Shown here: piece after piece, positions 30,347 to 41,294 of the stretch
Layout: each line of letters begins with the position of its first letter
Numbering within the stretch: position 1 is the first letter of the stretch
Origin: a virus
IMG/VR virus record: IMGVR_UViG_3300042301_002170
Length of the DNA stretch: 64,000 bases
Direction: 5' to 3' (one strand)
Made by a program: the position numbers and the translations under genes
The notes under the pieces: model-generated
The model's input: only the letters and a program-made list of their open reading frames with translations
The model's database searches: none
What the model was told of the DNA's origin: nothing

Positions 30347-30995
30347 AGAAGGAGAACCCTGGTTATTATGGCCAAGTATGGTTTCATATGGTATTAATAC
30401 TGGTGAAATTGGTAAAACATTTGAAGGTGATACCGATTTTACATTATCTATGAATATAAAAATACTAACCAAATCATCTGAAAAAAGGACAGTATTTGCA
30501 AAACTCCCAAATTATATGGGGTTAGATATTGAAAAAGAAAATAACAATTTAATGTTAATTCTTAATTTAAATAAAAACGGTGAAACTGAATGGAAGTATT
30601 TATTTTCCGAAACAGAAATTGGTTATGATTTTAATTTATTATCATTTAGGTATAATAAATCAAATCGTACATTGGATATATTAGTTAATTATATACCTGC
30701 AATAGAATATAAGTTAGAAGATGATGAGGAGTTAAGTGTTGGATATGAACCACATATTTTGTTTGGTGGTGGTAATTTTCCACATAACGGATTTAACTTA
30801 AATTATTGTTCTTACGAACTAGATTTTTTAATGATTTCAAAAGACCATAAATCTTATAATCAGATATATAATATTAAGGAAGATGGTAATTTAGATACAT
30901 CTATAATTGGTTTATATGATTTTAAAAAACATACCGATTATAAGGTTTTTGATAATTCACATAATTGCAACTTTTTACATAAAATAATTTACTAA
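30336..30995 (+). CDS. Stand-alone LamG-like protein
   Basis: FTLSMNI...LSFRYN...ILFGGG...GLYDF pattern resembles the LamG inserts of the GT7 genes. Confidence 0.45.
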   Translation: MVIKEGEPWLLWPSMVSYGINTGEIGKTFEGDTDFTLSMNIKILTKSSEKRTVFAKLPNYMGLDIEKENNNLMLILNLNKNGETEWKYLFSETEIGYDFNLLSFRYNKSNRTLDILVNYIPAIEYKLEDDEELSVGYEPHILFGGGNFPHNGFNLNYCSYELDFLMISKDHKSYNQIYNIKEDGNLDTSIIGLYDFKKHTDYKVFDNSHNCNFLHKIIY

Positions 30996-32563
30996 TGGGC
31001 ATAATTGCTAAAAAACCAGAAGAGTCTTATCAAGAATATAGAGATAGAGTTGTAAATCCAATTTCTCCCGCATTTTGTGGAGCAAAGTGGTATAACGCTA
31101 CAATATGGCTAGGAAACGGAACAACTGCAAGTTGTCATCACCCCCCTGCACATAAAATTCCATTAAATGAAGTTGCTATGAACTACAAAGCAATTCATAA
31201 TACTCAATATAAGAAGTTAATCAGAAAGCAAATGCTTGAAGGAGTTAGACCTAAAGAGTGTGAATATTGCTGGAAAATAGAAGATTTAGGTAAGGATAAT
31301 ATCTCAGATAGAGTTCATAAATCTATAATTTATACAGATGAGGAATTAGCCGAATGTAAATCTGCATTTAATTGGGAAAAGGATGTTGATTTGAAAACAT
31401 TAGAAATTGCGTTTGACCCAAATTGTAATTTTGCTTGTTCATATTGTAATTCATCTTTTTCTACAAGTTGGCAAAATGACATAAAGAAAAACGGACCTTA
31501 TCAAAATTTAGTATCAGATGGTGCAGGTGCATTTCAACATGATGGTGCACACGCAATGCCATATGGTAAAAAGAATGAAGGTAATCCATATGTTGCGGCA
31601 TTTTGGAAATGGTGGGAAGGAGAACTACAATACTCATTAAGAGAATTAAGAGTTACAGGTGGAGAACCAACAATGTCACAAGACTTTTGGAAGTTAATGA
31701 AGTGGTGGGAATCTAATAAAGATTGTGAAGTAGAATTTGCAGTTAATTCAAACTTAGGTCAAAAACAAGAGTTGTTTGAGCAATTGTTAAAAGCAAGTCA
31801 TAATATTAAATCATTCCATTTATATACATCTTGTGAAGCAACTGGTAAAGATGCGGAATATATTAGAGATGGATTAGTTTGGGAAGGTTGGTTAAAAAAT
31901 ATAGAACGAATGTTATCCGAAGGTAATATACAATCAATAAACTGTATGATGACAATTAACTCATTATGTTTATTTACTTTACCAGAATTTATGGATGAGA
32001 TGTTAAAATTAAAAATAAAATATAAAACACAATCACCTGTTTGTTCATTTAATATTTTAAGATTCCCATCATTTCAATCAATTGTAACTTTACCGAAAGA
32101 AATTCGTTTAGAAAGAGCGGATGCAATTGAAGCATGGATTAATAAAAATTGGGATGACGAAAAGAATGGATTTATTGCTTGGGAAAAAGATAGTATGACC
32201 CGATTAGTCACATATATTAGACAAATAGAAACCGGTCACGCTTTCACTTCATCTATACAAACTAGAGAAAGAGATTTTAAATCATTTTATACTCAATATG
32301 ATGTTAGAAGAAAGAAAAACTTCATTGAAACGTTTCCACAATTAAAAGAATGGTGGGATTCTATTCCAGAAACTGTTATCAAACCACTTTCAAAAGCATT
32401 AGATGGTGATGATGCTAAATCAAATCGATATGTTGATGAAGTAATGAAAACTGCCAAAAAAGAAGGTTGGGTATTAAATCCACAATGGCATAATCCAGGT
32501 TCTCAAGAATATATTGAACCGGATATTCAAGATGATGTGTTAGATTATATTAAAAATTCATAA
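30995..32563 (+). CDS. Radical SAM/Twitch protein, paralog of 28955
   Basis: CNFACSYC, TGGEP; N-terminal CGAKW...SCHH...CEYCW. Confidence 0.9.
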   Translation: MGIIAKKPEESYQEYRDRVVNPISPAFCGAKWYNATIWLGNGTTASCHHPPAHKIPLNEVAMNYKAIHNTQYKKLIRKQMLEGVRPKECEYCWKIEDLGKDNISDRVHKSIIYTDEELAECKSAFNWEKDVDLKTLEIAFDPNCNFACSYCNSSFSTSWQNDIKKNGPYQNLVSDGAGAFQHDGAHAMPYGKKNEGNPYVAAFWKWWEGELQYSLRELRVTGGEPTMSQDFWKLMKWWESNKDCEVEFAVNSNLGQKQELFEQLLKASHNIKSFHLYTSCEATGKDAEYIRDGLVWEGWLKNIERMLSEGNIQSINCMMTINSLCLFTLPEFMDEMLKLKIKYKTQSPVCSFNILRFPSFQSIVTLPKEIRLERADAIEAWINKNWDDEKNGFIAWEKDSMTRLVTYIRQIETGHAFTSSIQTRERDFKSFYTQYDVRRKKNFIETFPQLKEWWDSIPETVIKPLSKALDGDDAKSNRYVDEVMKTAKKEGWVLNPQWHNPGSQEYIEPDIQDDVLDYIKNS

Positions 32564-32580
32564 GCTAAAAAATATTTTAA

Positions 32581-33789
32581 TTGATGGAATTAAGTAATTT
32601 GATAACATGTTTGGATTTTGAAATATCATCCATATGTAACGCCGGTTGTTCAGTTTGCCCTCGTGGCAGTATTGGATTTTATCAGCCATTTACCCAAACG
32701 TATTGGCGAATTGAAGAAGTAAAGGCTCATATTGATTTAGAAATAATTCAAAATTTAAAAAATCTCATTCTATGTGGTAATTTTGGAGACCCTATGGGAA
32801 ATCCTGATATTGTTAAAATAGTTAGATATTTTAAAGAAATTAATCCAAGTATAAATGTCAATATTAGTACAAATGGTAGTATTGGTAATTCTGCAGATTA
32901 CGCAGAACTAGCAGAACTTGGTGTTGGAATGCGAGTTGGATTAGATGGTGTAGGTGAATTTAATGAATTGTATAGAGTAAATACTAAATGGGATAAAATA
33001 TTAGAAAATTTAAATTCATTTGCATCAAAATCTCCCAAACAGCATCAATTAGAAATACAATTTCTTATGTGGGCCGAAACAACAAATCAAATTATTCCAA
33101 TGATTGATTTTATAAAATCTATTGGATTTGGTAGATTGTCGTTAAGAAAACCAATAACAATAGGAATTAAAACAGAGGTATTTGATATACATGGTGCATC
33201 AACTCATTTTTTGACGGAAATAAAAAATATTAAATTAAAAAAATATTTAGATACTAATTGGAAGTTTAATGAATTAGATAAACTTAAATTAGAATTATCT
33301 AAAATAGATTCAATAGAATCTTCATTAGAAATGGGTAATTTTTTAATAAAAAAAACCAAAAATCAATGGCCAAAAAATGATTATAAAAAAAGTGATGTAA
33401 TATTTAAAGAAGAAGATATTATTAAATTTAATTCTACAACAAATCAAACTTGCTTTTCAAAAAACAGAAGAAATCCTTATAATTTATCAGATAATGACTT
33501 TAATATATTTATAACACATGATAAATTATTAATGCCATGTTGTATGATACCACCACAAATTTCAACATCAATACACCACCATACTGGACAAGAATCACCA
33601 ATACAAAAAGAAGTTTTAAATAAAATGTTAGAAATTGGTTTTGAAAAATTTTCACTAAAAAATACAACATTAAAAAATATATTTAATAGCGGTGTGTTAC
33701 ATGAATTTGTATATAATGATTTAGTAAATGAGACACCATTAAAAATATGTAAAACTATTTGTGGAAAATGTGAACCAAAATTAATATGA
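32581..33789 (+). CDS. Radical SAM protein with C-terminal Cys cluster
   Basis: CNAGCSVC, GNFGDP, STNG; C-terminal PCCM...CKTIC. Confidence 0.88.
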   Translation: MMELSNLITCLDFEISSICNAGCSVCPRGSIGFYQPFTQTYWRIEEVKAHIDLEIIQNLKNLILCGNFGDPMGNPDIVKIVRYFKEINPSINVNISTNGSIGNSADYAELAELGVGMRVGLDGVGEFNELYRVNTKWDKILENLNSFASKSPKQHQLEIQFLMWAETTNQIIPMIDFIKSIGFGRLSLRKPITIGIKTEVFDIHGASTHFLTEIKNIKLKKYLDTNWKFNELDKLKLELSKIDSIESSLEMGNFLIKKTKNQWPKNDYKKSDVIFKEEDIIKFNSTTNQTCFSKNRRNPYNLSDNDFNIFITHDKLLMPCCMIPPQISTSIHHHTGQESPIQKEVLNKMLEIGFEKFSLKNTTLKNIFNSGVLHEFVYNDLVNETPLKICKTICGKCEPKLI

Positions 33790-34997
33790 AAATAAAACCA
33801 TCGGAAGGTAATAACGCATTTTGTACATTACCATTTATACATTTAGCTACACACCCAATTGGAACAGTAACACCCTGTTGTATTACTGATATGAAAAATG
33901 GTGTCAGTACTGCAAAGAAAGCAGATGGTATTAATCTATTTTTAAATAACGATAAATTAGAAGATATAACAAATTCAAAACTATTCAATGATATTAGAAA
34001 ACAAATGATTAGTAATGAATATCCTAATGTTTGTAAAGGGTGTTATAAATATGAAAACGATGGAGTTACTAGTAGAAGAATACAAAGTAATTTACAATTT
34101 AAAAATATAATAGATGCTTCATATGCAAATACAAACGAAGATGGTTCATTAAAAGAATTAGATTATCGATATATTGAATTAAGATTGGGTACTATTTGTA
34201 ATTTAAAATGTATAACTTGTAATCCATTTAGTAGCAATAAATGGAATGAGGATGTTGGTATTTTTAAAGGTACTGAATTTGAATTGGATTATTTTAAAAA
34301 TGAAGTTAAAACAGAATGGTATAGAAATTCAAATTTTTATGATGAGTTGTTTGAAAAATGCACGAATTTAGAAGAAATTTGGGTAAATGGTGGTGAACCA
34401 ACGTTGATTAGAGAACATGGTTATTTTTTAAAAAAATTAATTAATAGTGGTAGAGCTAAAAATATTAATTTACATTATAGTATAAATGCTACAAATATAC
34501 CAGATGAACTCATTGAAATTTGGAAACAATTTAAAAATACCAAATTGCAATTATCCGTAGATGACCTTTATAAAAGAAATGATTATATTAGGACGGGTTC
34601 TAAATGGGATGTTATACATAGCAATATTTTAAAAATGGCTAAATATAAAAATATTTTTAGAATTGAAATTTGTCAAACGGTTAGTATGTTAAATGCTCAT
34701 AATGTAGATAATTTTAAAAAATACGTTATTGATTTAGATTTAATAATTGCATATAACTATGTACACCATCCACTATTTTTTCATATATCAAATCTGCCAA
34801 AAGAATTAAAAGAAAATATTTTAAGTAATATAAAATATTTAACAAACGAAGAATTAGTTAGGTTTGAATCAGAAATTAATACAAATGGTAGTATTGAAAA
34901 TTTTAAAAAATTTAAAACTTTTATTTCAATCTTGGATAAAAAACGAAATGTTTATATTGGAGACTATTTAAAAGAATGGGATATTTATTTTAAATAA
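33786..34997 (+). CDS. Radical SAM protein with N-terminal Twitch domain
   Basis: CTLPF...PCC...CKGC; CNLKCITC; NGGEP. Confidence 0.9.
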   Translation: MKIKPSEGNNAFCTLPFIHLATHPIGTVTPCCITDMKNGVSTAKKADGINLFLNNDKLEDITNSKLFNDIRKQMISNEYPNVCKGCYKYENDGVTSRRIQSNLQFKNIIDASYANTNEDGSLKELDYRYIELRLGTICNLKCITCNPFSSNKWNEDVGIFKGTEFELDYFKNEVKTEWYRNSNFYDELFEKCTNLEEIWVNGGEPTLIREHGYFLKKLINSGRAKNINLHYSINATNIPDELIEIWKQFKNTKLQLSVDDLYKRNDYIRTGSKWDVIHSNILKMAKYKNIFRIEICQTVSMLNAHNVDNFKKYVIDLDLIIAYNYVHHPLFFHISNLPKELKENILSNIKYLTNEELVRFESEINTNGSIENFKKFKTFISILDKKRNVYIGDYLKEWDIYFK

Positions 34998-35009
34998 CAA
35001 ATATAGTTT

Positions 35010-36035
35010 ATGACACATTTAATTACATCAGGTTGTTCTTTTACATCCCATTATAGAGTAAATATTCAGAGAAAAGAAGATGAATTTTTAACAGATGCAT
35101 CTGAATTTTGGTATTACACACATTGGATTAAAACATTAAGACCTAAATTTAATGTTTTTAATATGGGTAGTCCGGGTAGCGGTAATTTATTAATTGCAAG
35201 GTCTGCAATATACAAAGCAAAACAATTATTAAAATCTGGAATAAAAGGAGAAGATATATCAATTATAGTTGAATGGTCTAATTTTCATAGAAAAAGTAAT
35301 TTTGTATCTAACGATATTATAGATAGAATGCCTTTAGAAACACATGAAAATTACGCAATAGATTTTATAAATGAAAAAGAATATCCTGGACAAAAAGGAT
35401 ACTGGTTAACTTTTGCAAATCCAGATATGAGTCAATCTTCTTTTGTAAAATTAAATAGAAAGGTATATGATTATACTAAAATTTATTTAAATACATTATA
35501 CAATGATGAAGAAAGATTTATAGAATGGTTAGAATATTTTGATTATTTAATAACATTTTGTGAATTGCATAAAATAAAATTAAAATCATTTTTTATGCAT
35601 AATCCGTTTTCGTTAGCATACAAATACGGCCTGGTCCCGTATGATTACAACACACCGGAAGAAATGATAGACGGTTTATTTGTACAAAGAAAAATTCATA
35701 ATACTTGGAGTGATACGGAAGATAAAATACTAAATAAATTTCCATGGGCAGCTCATTTATATAAAGGAATAGATTGGGAAAAATATTGTTGGTTCTATAA
35801 TGAAGAACAAATGCATAGAAACGGTGGAGTATTAGAATGGGCAGTTAGAAATCAATTAAAGAGTTCGGATGAGGAATTTAATCCATTATTTCAAGAATAT
35901 GAACAATATGGCTCTCAAACGGAAATTGAAAATAAATTAAAAGAAGGACATGCAAGTTGTTGGGGGCACGTTAGTAGTTGTAATTATAAAAAATTTACAG
36001 AAGAAATAATTTTAAATTGGGAAATGTTTAAATAA
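35010..36035 (+). CDS. SGNH/GDSL-fold protein
   Basis: TSGCSFT block I, GSPGSGN block II, WGHVS block V. Confidence 0.65.
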   Translation: MTHLITSGCSFTSHYRVNIQRKEDEFLTDASEFWYYTHWIKTLRPKFNVFNMGSPGSGNLLIARSAIYKAKQLLKSGIKGEDISIIVEWSNFHRKSNFVSNDIIDRMPLETHENYAIDFINEKEYPGQKGYWLTFANPDMSQSSFVKLNRKVYDYTKIYLNTLYNDEERFIEWLEYFDYLITFCELHKIKLKSFFMHNPFSLAYKYGLVPYDYNTPEEMIDGLFVQRKIHNTWSDTEDKILNKFPWAAHLYKGIDWEKYCWFYNEEQMHRNGGVLEWAVRNQLKSSDEEFNPLFQEYEQYGSQTEIENKLKEGHASCWGHVSSCNYKKFTEEIILNWEMFK

Positions 36036-37126
36036 TGGTAGGTATAATATATAAAAATGATGGAGAGAATATATCAATTGTAGAAGATATTGAATGCAAC
36101 ATACCTAAAAATGATATATTTAAAAATATACCAAATAATACATTATTAGTTAGTACGGTGAATTCATTTGGGTTTGCATTTACAGAATTTAAAAATATAG
36201 AAAAATTTTGTGAGGTAATAAATGAATATGAATCAAAATATAACAAAGTAGATAATATATTAATTGACTTTAATGAAATTATGGTAGATGAATCTGGTAT
36301 AGATTCATTTTCTAATACCATAAATAAAAAATGTTATTATTCAAATTTTGATATGATTCATTCAAATGGTATTAATAAATTTTATATTCCATGTTCTTTA
36401 TATTCTCAACTTGAATTTTTATTATCTACTGATTATTTGAATGCCAAATCTTTTTTGGAAAAAATGAATAGAATTTATAAGGAATTTAGAAAACCTCATA
36501 AATTAATATTTTATTCAAACCATATTAGTCCAGTTAGAATTGATATTTTTAATATTTTAAAAGAAACTGATAATTTAAAAAATAATATATGGTCATTTAC
36601 AGGTGTAAAAGAATATTATTCAGATAGAAAACACAATATTGAAGAGTTTCTTAAAGAAAATGAAGGTATAATTCCATTTTCATACGATAAATTTAATCAA
36701 GAAACAATAATATTAAAACACACATATATTTCTCAATTTTTAGCATATTTTGAAATAGTAACGGAATCTTATTTTTTTAAAGATGTAAAAAACATTAATA
36801 ATTATTGCCCAGTTACTGAAAAAATATTAAAACCAATTGCTTCGTTTTTACCTTTTATACATTTTGGTTCTTCAAATTTAAAAAAATGTTTAGAAGAAAT
36901 AGGAATGACATTTTACTCACCTTTATATGGATTCTATGATATAACAGATGAAGAAGATACACAAAGAGGATTAGAGCATGTTAAAAAATATTCTGAAAAA
37001 AGCATAGATGAATTACATGAAATATATTATATATTCTTACATGAATATTATAATAACTCAAATAAATTTTTAAATTATTTTAATAATAATACAAACCATA
37101 TTTTAAATGTTTTAAATAATGAATAA
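36035..37126 (+). CDS. Putative GT-B glycosyltransferase, GT10-like TEK motif
   Basis: FEIVTES...VTEKILKPIASFLPF resembles the GT10 FENS...YxTEK motif. Confidence 0.5.
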   Translation: MVGIIYKNDGENISIVEDIECNIPKNDIFKNIPNNTLLVSTVNSFGFAFTEFKNIEKFCEVINEYESKYNKVDNILIDFNEIMVDESGIDSFSNTINKKCYYSNFDMIHSNGINKFYIPCSLYSQLEFLLSTDYLNAKSFLEKMNRIYKEFRKPHKLIFYSNHISPVRIDIFNILKETDNLKNNIWSFTGVKEYYSDRKHNIEEFLKENEGIIPFSYDKFNQETIILKHTYISQFLAYFEIVTESYFFKDVKNINNYCPVTEKILKPIASFLPFIHFGSSNLKKCLEEIGMTFYSPLYGFYDITDEEDTQRGLEHVKKYSEKSIDELHEIYYIFLHEYYNNSNKFLNYFNNNTNHILNVLNNE

Positions 37127-38228
37127 TAAAATACATATTATATTTGCCGGCTGTTCTTTTTCCGATGATGGAAGGCACTATCTTTCAAACTTTGATATAG
37201 ATTCTTTAAATAAAAATAATCCAAATTATTTAGAACATTTAGGATTACCAAATACTATAAAATTACAAAAATTTTTAGCATTAGATTTGATTAATCAAAA
37301 TATAACAAATATACATATACACCCAATAGCAAGGGGTTCATACGGAAACCATGTAATATACGATAAATTAAAACAAAAAATAAATGAATTAAAAGAATCT
37401 AATCCAAATGAAAAAATATACGCAGTTATACAATTAAGTGCATTTTTAAGAAGAACTCCACATAATAGTATTCAACTTGGATTAGATATTAATATAGAAG
37501 ATTATCCATATGATTATATGGATTTAGTTACAGAAATTACAAACTTAGGATGCAGAGATATATTTGTAAAACATTTTCAGAATATAGAAAACATATCAAA
37601 TTTTTGTAAAGAAAACGATGTTGAAAATTATATGTTTTTTGGTTGGGCAAATATTTTTACATATGACGTAACTAAGTATGGTTTTAAAAATGAAATAGAA
37701 CGATTGCAAAAAATTGTAAATTTTTATCCATATAAAGAAAGTAATGATGAAATTGCCAATTATTGCGCAGGACAAAAAGAATTAAAAAAAGTTAAAGATG
37801 AAACTGGCAAAACGTTATACATTACACCACCAGACAATTATGGAGGACTTACGGAATATACTAGAGAACGATTAAACGTTGGTGAAAGATATTTTTTTGA
37901 TAAAGACCCACACCCAAGTACTGCTGCTTATAATTTATTTTACAATGAATTATTAAAAAAATGGTTTATTGAAAAAAACATAATAAATGATATAGAATTG
38001 GATGAATTTAATAAACAAACTATAGAGTCTGTTTTATATTACGAATATAATAGATACGTTAATTTATTTAATTATACACATGAAAATGTTGGAGAAATAT
38101 GTTTTGAAACGCATAATTTTTTAAGAGAAAAAGAATTTAATAAAAAAAATATAAAAGAATTTATAATGTATTTAAACGATAATAGTAAAACTATAATACT
38201 TAATAATAAACAAAACAGGTTATCATGA
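37119..38228 (+). CDS. SGNH/GDSL-fold protein
   Basis: FAGCSFS, ARGSYGN, DPHPS. Confidence 0.7.
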   Translation: MNNKIHIIFAGCSFSDDGRHYLSNFDIDSLNKNNPNYLEHLGLPNTIKLQKFLALDLINQNITNIHIHPIARGSYGNHVIYDKLKQKINELKESNPNEKIYAVIQLSAFLRRTPHNSIQLGLDINIEDYPYDYMDLVTEITNLGCRDIFVKHFQNIENISNFCKENDVENYMFFGWANIFTYDVTKYGFKNEIERLQKIVNFYPYKESNDEIANYCAGQKELKKVKDETGKTLYITPPDNYGGLTEYTRERLNVGERYFFDKDPHPSTAAYNLFYNELLKKWFIEKNIINDIELDEFNKQTIESVLYYEYNRYVNLFNYTHENVGEICFETHNFLREKEFNKKNIKEFIMYLNDNSKTIILNNKQNRLS

Positions 38229-38998
38229 AACACCTTACAAATGAAGAAATCCAACAAATAACATTTGATTGGAGATACAGAGGATTTACTGTATTAGAAT
38301 TATTAACCGAAGATGAATGTGATGAAATTAATGAAGAATTAGATTCATTAAGAGTAGCAAGAATCGGCACTACAACTGATGATGGTAAATTATGGGGAGA
38401 TTATGACCCATTTGCATATCCACACAAATTATCACCAAAGTTAGAAAAATTATTTGTACATCCCAAATTAATAGAGGCTTGTGAATTCTTAATGGAAGAT
38501 AAAATTGATGGAATGCAAACATGGAGTTATTTCAAACCACCGGGACAATTGGGTAGAGATATGCATCAAAACGCATTCTACACAGGGTGCGGACACAATG
38601 AAATTATCAATACTGCATTAGCATTGGATAATCACGACTCTGAAAATGGAGCAGTTTGGAATTATGAAGGTTCGCATCGTTTACCAACATTACCAATTGA
38701 AGTAGATAATGAAAGAACAAAAACAAATCCATCATTTTGGAGAAATGAGAGAGGTAAACCGTGTATTATGCCAACAGGACATGATTTCCGTAAAGCAGAA
38801 GGTTACTTAAAAAAAGGACAAGTTGCATTACTACATTCTCACGTTGTACATGGTTCTGAAACAAATAACTCAAACAGATTCAGAAGAAACTTTTTAGGAG
38901 GATATTTAAAACAAGGGGCATACTTTAATCAGGGTAGTCATATGAAAAGAGAACCAATTAATATTTACGAATTACGTGAAAAACATTGGGGAATTTAA
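38225..38998 (+). CDS. Fe(II)/2-oxoglutarate dioxygenase, PhyH family
   Basis: FKPPG...MHQN, ENGA...GSH, HSHVVHGS..N.SNRFRR. Confidence 0.88.
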   Translation: MKHLTNEEIQQITFDWRYRGFTVLELLTEDECDEINEELDSLRVARIGTTTDDGKLWGDYDPFAYPHKLSPKLEKLFVHPKLIEACEFLMEDKIDGMQTWSYFKPPGQLGRDMHQNAFYTGCGHNEIINTALALDNHDSENGAVWNYEGSHRLPTLPIEVDNERTKTNPSFWRNERGKPCIMPTGHDFRKAEGYLKKGQVALLHSHVVHGSETNNSNRFRRNFLGGYLKQGAYFNQGSHMKREPINIYELREKHWGI

Positions 38999-39543
38999 TT
39001 AATATAATACAATTCGGGGTATTCAACTAAACAATGGATACCCCCATTTGTATAAGCATTTTTATAAGCAGGTTCAATATCTTCCCATTTAGTTAAATCA
39101 ACAAAATTTATGTTTTTACACATAGATTTGAATTGCTCAAAGTAGTTTCCTTTATGTTGATGACCGGGGTCTAATGGTTTATCACTACCTTTACCTAATC
39201 TAATAATCATATTTGTTTTCCAATTACCACCACTCATTAGTTCTAATTTATCAACGTGGTTTATAAGTTGATTTGCGGCACATATAATAAAATCCCAACG
39301 AGGGTAGAAAGTAATAACAAATTCATTTGTCATTGCTAATCCTAAACTCATTCCCATTTGAGATTCTTCCATTACTGGAACTTCAATCATTTTTTCTTTA
39401 GGAACTTCTCCTAATGTTGTACTCATAGGATTACCCGCCCATAAAACTTGTTGTCCTATAAATGTGGTGTTAGATTGCTCACCTAAAAATTTCATTGAAT
39501 TTGTAAGTGCATCTTTGTATGGTGTATATTCTGGTTGTGCCAT
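38995..39543 (-). CDS. ThDP-dependent E1 beta-like subunit (pyrimidine-binding domain only)
   Basis: IEVPVMEESQMGMSLGLA, FYPRWDF, GHQH; only 182 aa, no transketolase C-terminal domain. Confidence 0.85.
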   Translation of the reverse strand: MAQPEYTPYKDALTNSMKFLGEQSNTTFIGQQVLWAGNPMSTTLGEVPKEKMIEVPVMEESQMGMSLGLAMTNEFVITFYPRWDFIICAANQLINHVDKLELMSGGNWKTNMIIRLGKGSDKPLDPGHQHKGNYFEQFKSMCKNINFVDLTKWEDIEPAYKNAYTNGGIHCLVEYPELYYIN

Positions 39544-39546
39544 ATT

Positions 39547-40524
39547 TTATTTAAATTCGTTTTTGTGTTCTAAATACCAATTATAAGCAAGTTTTAATCC
39601 ATCTTTTAATGGTGTAGTTGCACTCCATCCTAAATTATTATAAATTTTATTAGAATCTATTTTTCTTGTTGGAATCATAGATGGTTTGCCACTAATAAAT
39701 TCAGTTGGTGCATCATAGTTGGCAACTTGTTTCATAATATCTAATACTTCTAATACAGAATATACTGAATTAGAACCAACATTATAAACTTCAAAACCAT
39801 CTTTGATTTCTTTTTCTAAAACAACTTGCAATGCTTCAACAAAATCTTCAATATAAAGTAAATCTCTTAACTCAGAACCATCACCCCAAACAGGAATAGG
39901 ATTCATTTCATCTGCAACTTTTCTAATAGTTGCAGGAGTAACGTGGCATTTATTAAAGTCATATTTGTCGTGAGGACCGTATAAATTGGCAGGTCTTATT
40001 ACAGTTGTTTTCATAGTACGAGGTAGGTGTTTTGCATATAGTTCACATTGAACTTCTGCATATCTTTTCATCCAACCAACTGGAAAATAAACTGGATATG
40101 GTTCATTAAATAAGAAATCAGTTTCAATAACTGCTTCATCTCCCTTTGGTGGATATACAGTATTTGAAGAAATAAAAATATAATGTTTAACAAAGTTTCT
40201 CCAAGCCGCATCAATTAAAAAATTATTCATTGATACGTTGGGTGTAACGTGTGCTAATGGGTCATCTACCGTATCAACTGCGTTTGATGTAGTTGCTGCA
40301 CAATGAAACACAACTTCAACTCCATTAGCAGCATTTAAACAACCATCGTATGTTTGTAAATCAAAGTGAGTATATTCTACAGAATTTATAGATTTTCTTA
40401 CACCTCTTTTGTGTAGATTGACTCTAATATTTGTATAACCTTCTTTTATCAATCTATTTGTTAGATTTTGACCAACCAAACCAGAACCACCTGTGATAAG
40501 GATTTTTGAACTTTTATTTATCAT
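39547..40524 (-). CDS. Extended SDR, GDP-fucose synthase-like epimerase/reductase
   Basis: ITGGSGLVG, RPANLYGPHD, VWGDGSELRDLLY; YxxxK appears as VGWMK. Confidence 0.85.
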   Translation of the reverse strand: MINKSSKILITGGSGLVGQNLTNRLIKEGYTNIRVNLHKRGVRKSINSVEYTHFDLQTYDGCLNAANGVEVVFHCAATTSNAVDTVDDPLAHVTPNVSMNNFLIDAAWRNFVKHYIFISSNTVYPPKGDEAVIETDFLFNEPYPVYFPVGWMKRYAEVQCELYAKHLPRTMKTTVIRPANLYGPHDKYDFNKCHVTPATIRKVADEMNPIPVWGDGSELRDLLYIEDFVEALQVVLEKEIKDGFEVYNVGSNSVYSVLEVLDIMKQVANYDAPTEFISGKPSMIPTRKIDSNKIYNNLGWSATTPLKDGLKLAYNWYLEHKNEFK

Positions 40525-41294
40525 AATATTTTATTGTTTTTTATGTAACCGTATAACTCTTCACTTATTAATTTATAACCTTCCAAATTTGGATGTCTGG
40601 ATGCTTTTGATTCAAATTGTGTATCTTGATTTTCCCAAACATTAACTTCTTTAATTTTATTTAAATAATCTCCAAATGCTTGTTTATTAAATTCCCAATA
40701 TTTTGATTTATCTATTAGGTTGGTAATATCATCTTTTTTATCTAAATCAATTAACATACTTTCAAAACTATCACACATTATGTAATTAATATTATAATGC
40801 TTAAATAATTTTTGAATAAAAATAATGTAATTTTGGTTTACAATATTATAGTAGTTCTGATTAAACATTTCTCCAATAAAAAATTGTTTATATTTTGTAA
40901 AAAAAGAATCATATAATGTATTACCACTACTGTATGAATTGATAAATTTATGTGGTTCTTCAATTAGGTGTTTAACAGACCATGTAATCCACTCACCATC
41001 TGGTAAAAATGGAACATAATCTCTTAGAGAAGAACTCCACATTATAACAACAAAATCATTATTTTTTATTTTTTCGGATTGAACATCTGAAACAATTTGA
41101 TTAAATATTTTATTATTAGCATTACCACTAACTCCGTTGTTTATAAACGGCACATTTAGTTTATCTGCTAAAAATTTAACCCAACTATTTTCTTTACGAT
41201 ATGCTGGTCTTTCTTCTTTAGATAACGAATCTTCAACTAATCTATTACATCCTTGTCCTTCCGTCCAACTATCGCCATATACGTGTAATATCAT
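40521..41294 (-). CDS. SGNH/GDSL-fold protein
   Basis: YGDSWT, NGVSGNAN, SRHPN. Confidence 0.8.
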   Translation of the reverse strand: MILHVYGDSWTEGQGCNRLVEDSLSKEERPAYRKENSWVKFLADKLNVPFINNGVSGNANNKIFNQIVSDVQSEKIKNNDFVVIMWSSSLRDYVPFLPDGEWITWSVKHLIEEPHKFINSYSSGNTLYDSFFTKYKQFFIGEMFNQNYYNIVNQNYIIFIQKLFKHYNINYIMCDSFESMLIDLDKKDDITNLIDKSKYWEFNKQAFGDYLNKIKEVNVWENQDTQFESKASRHPNLEGYKLISEELYGYIKNNKIL

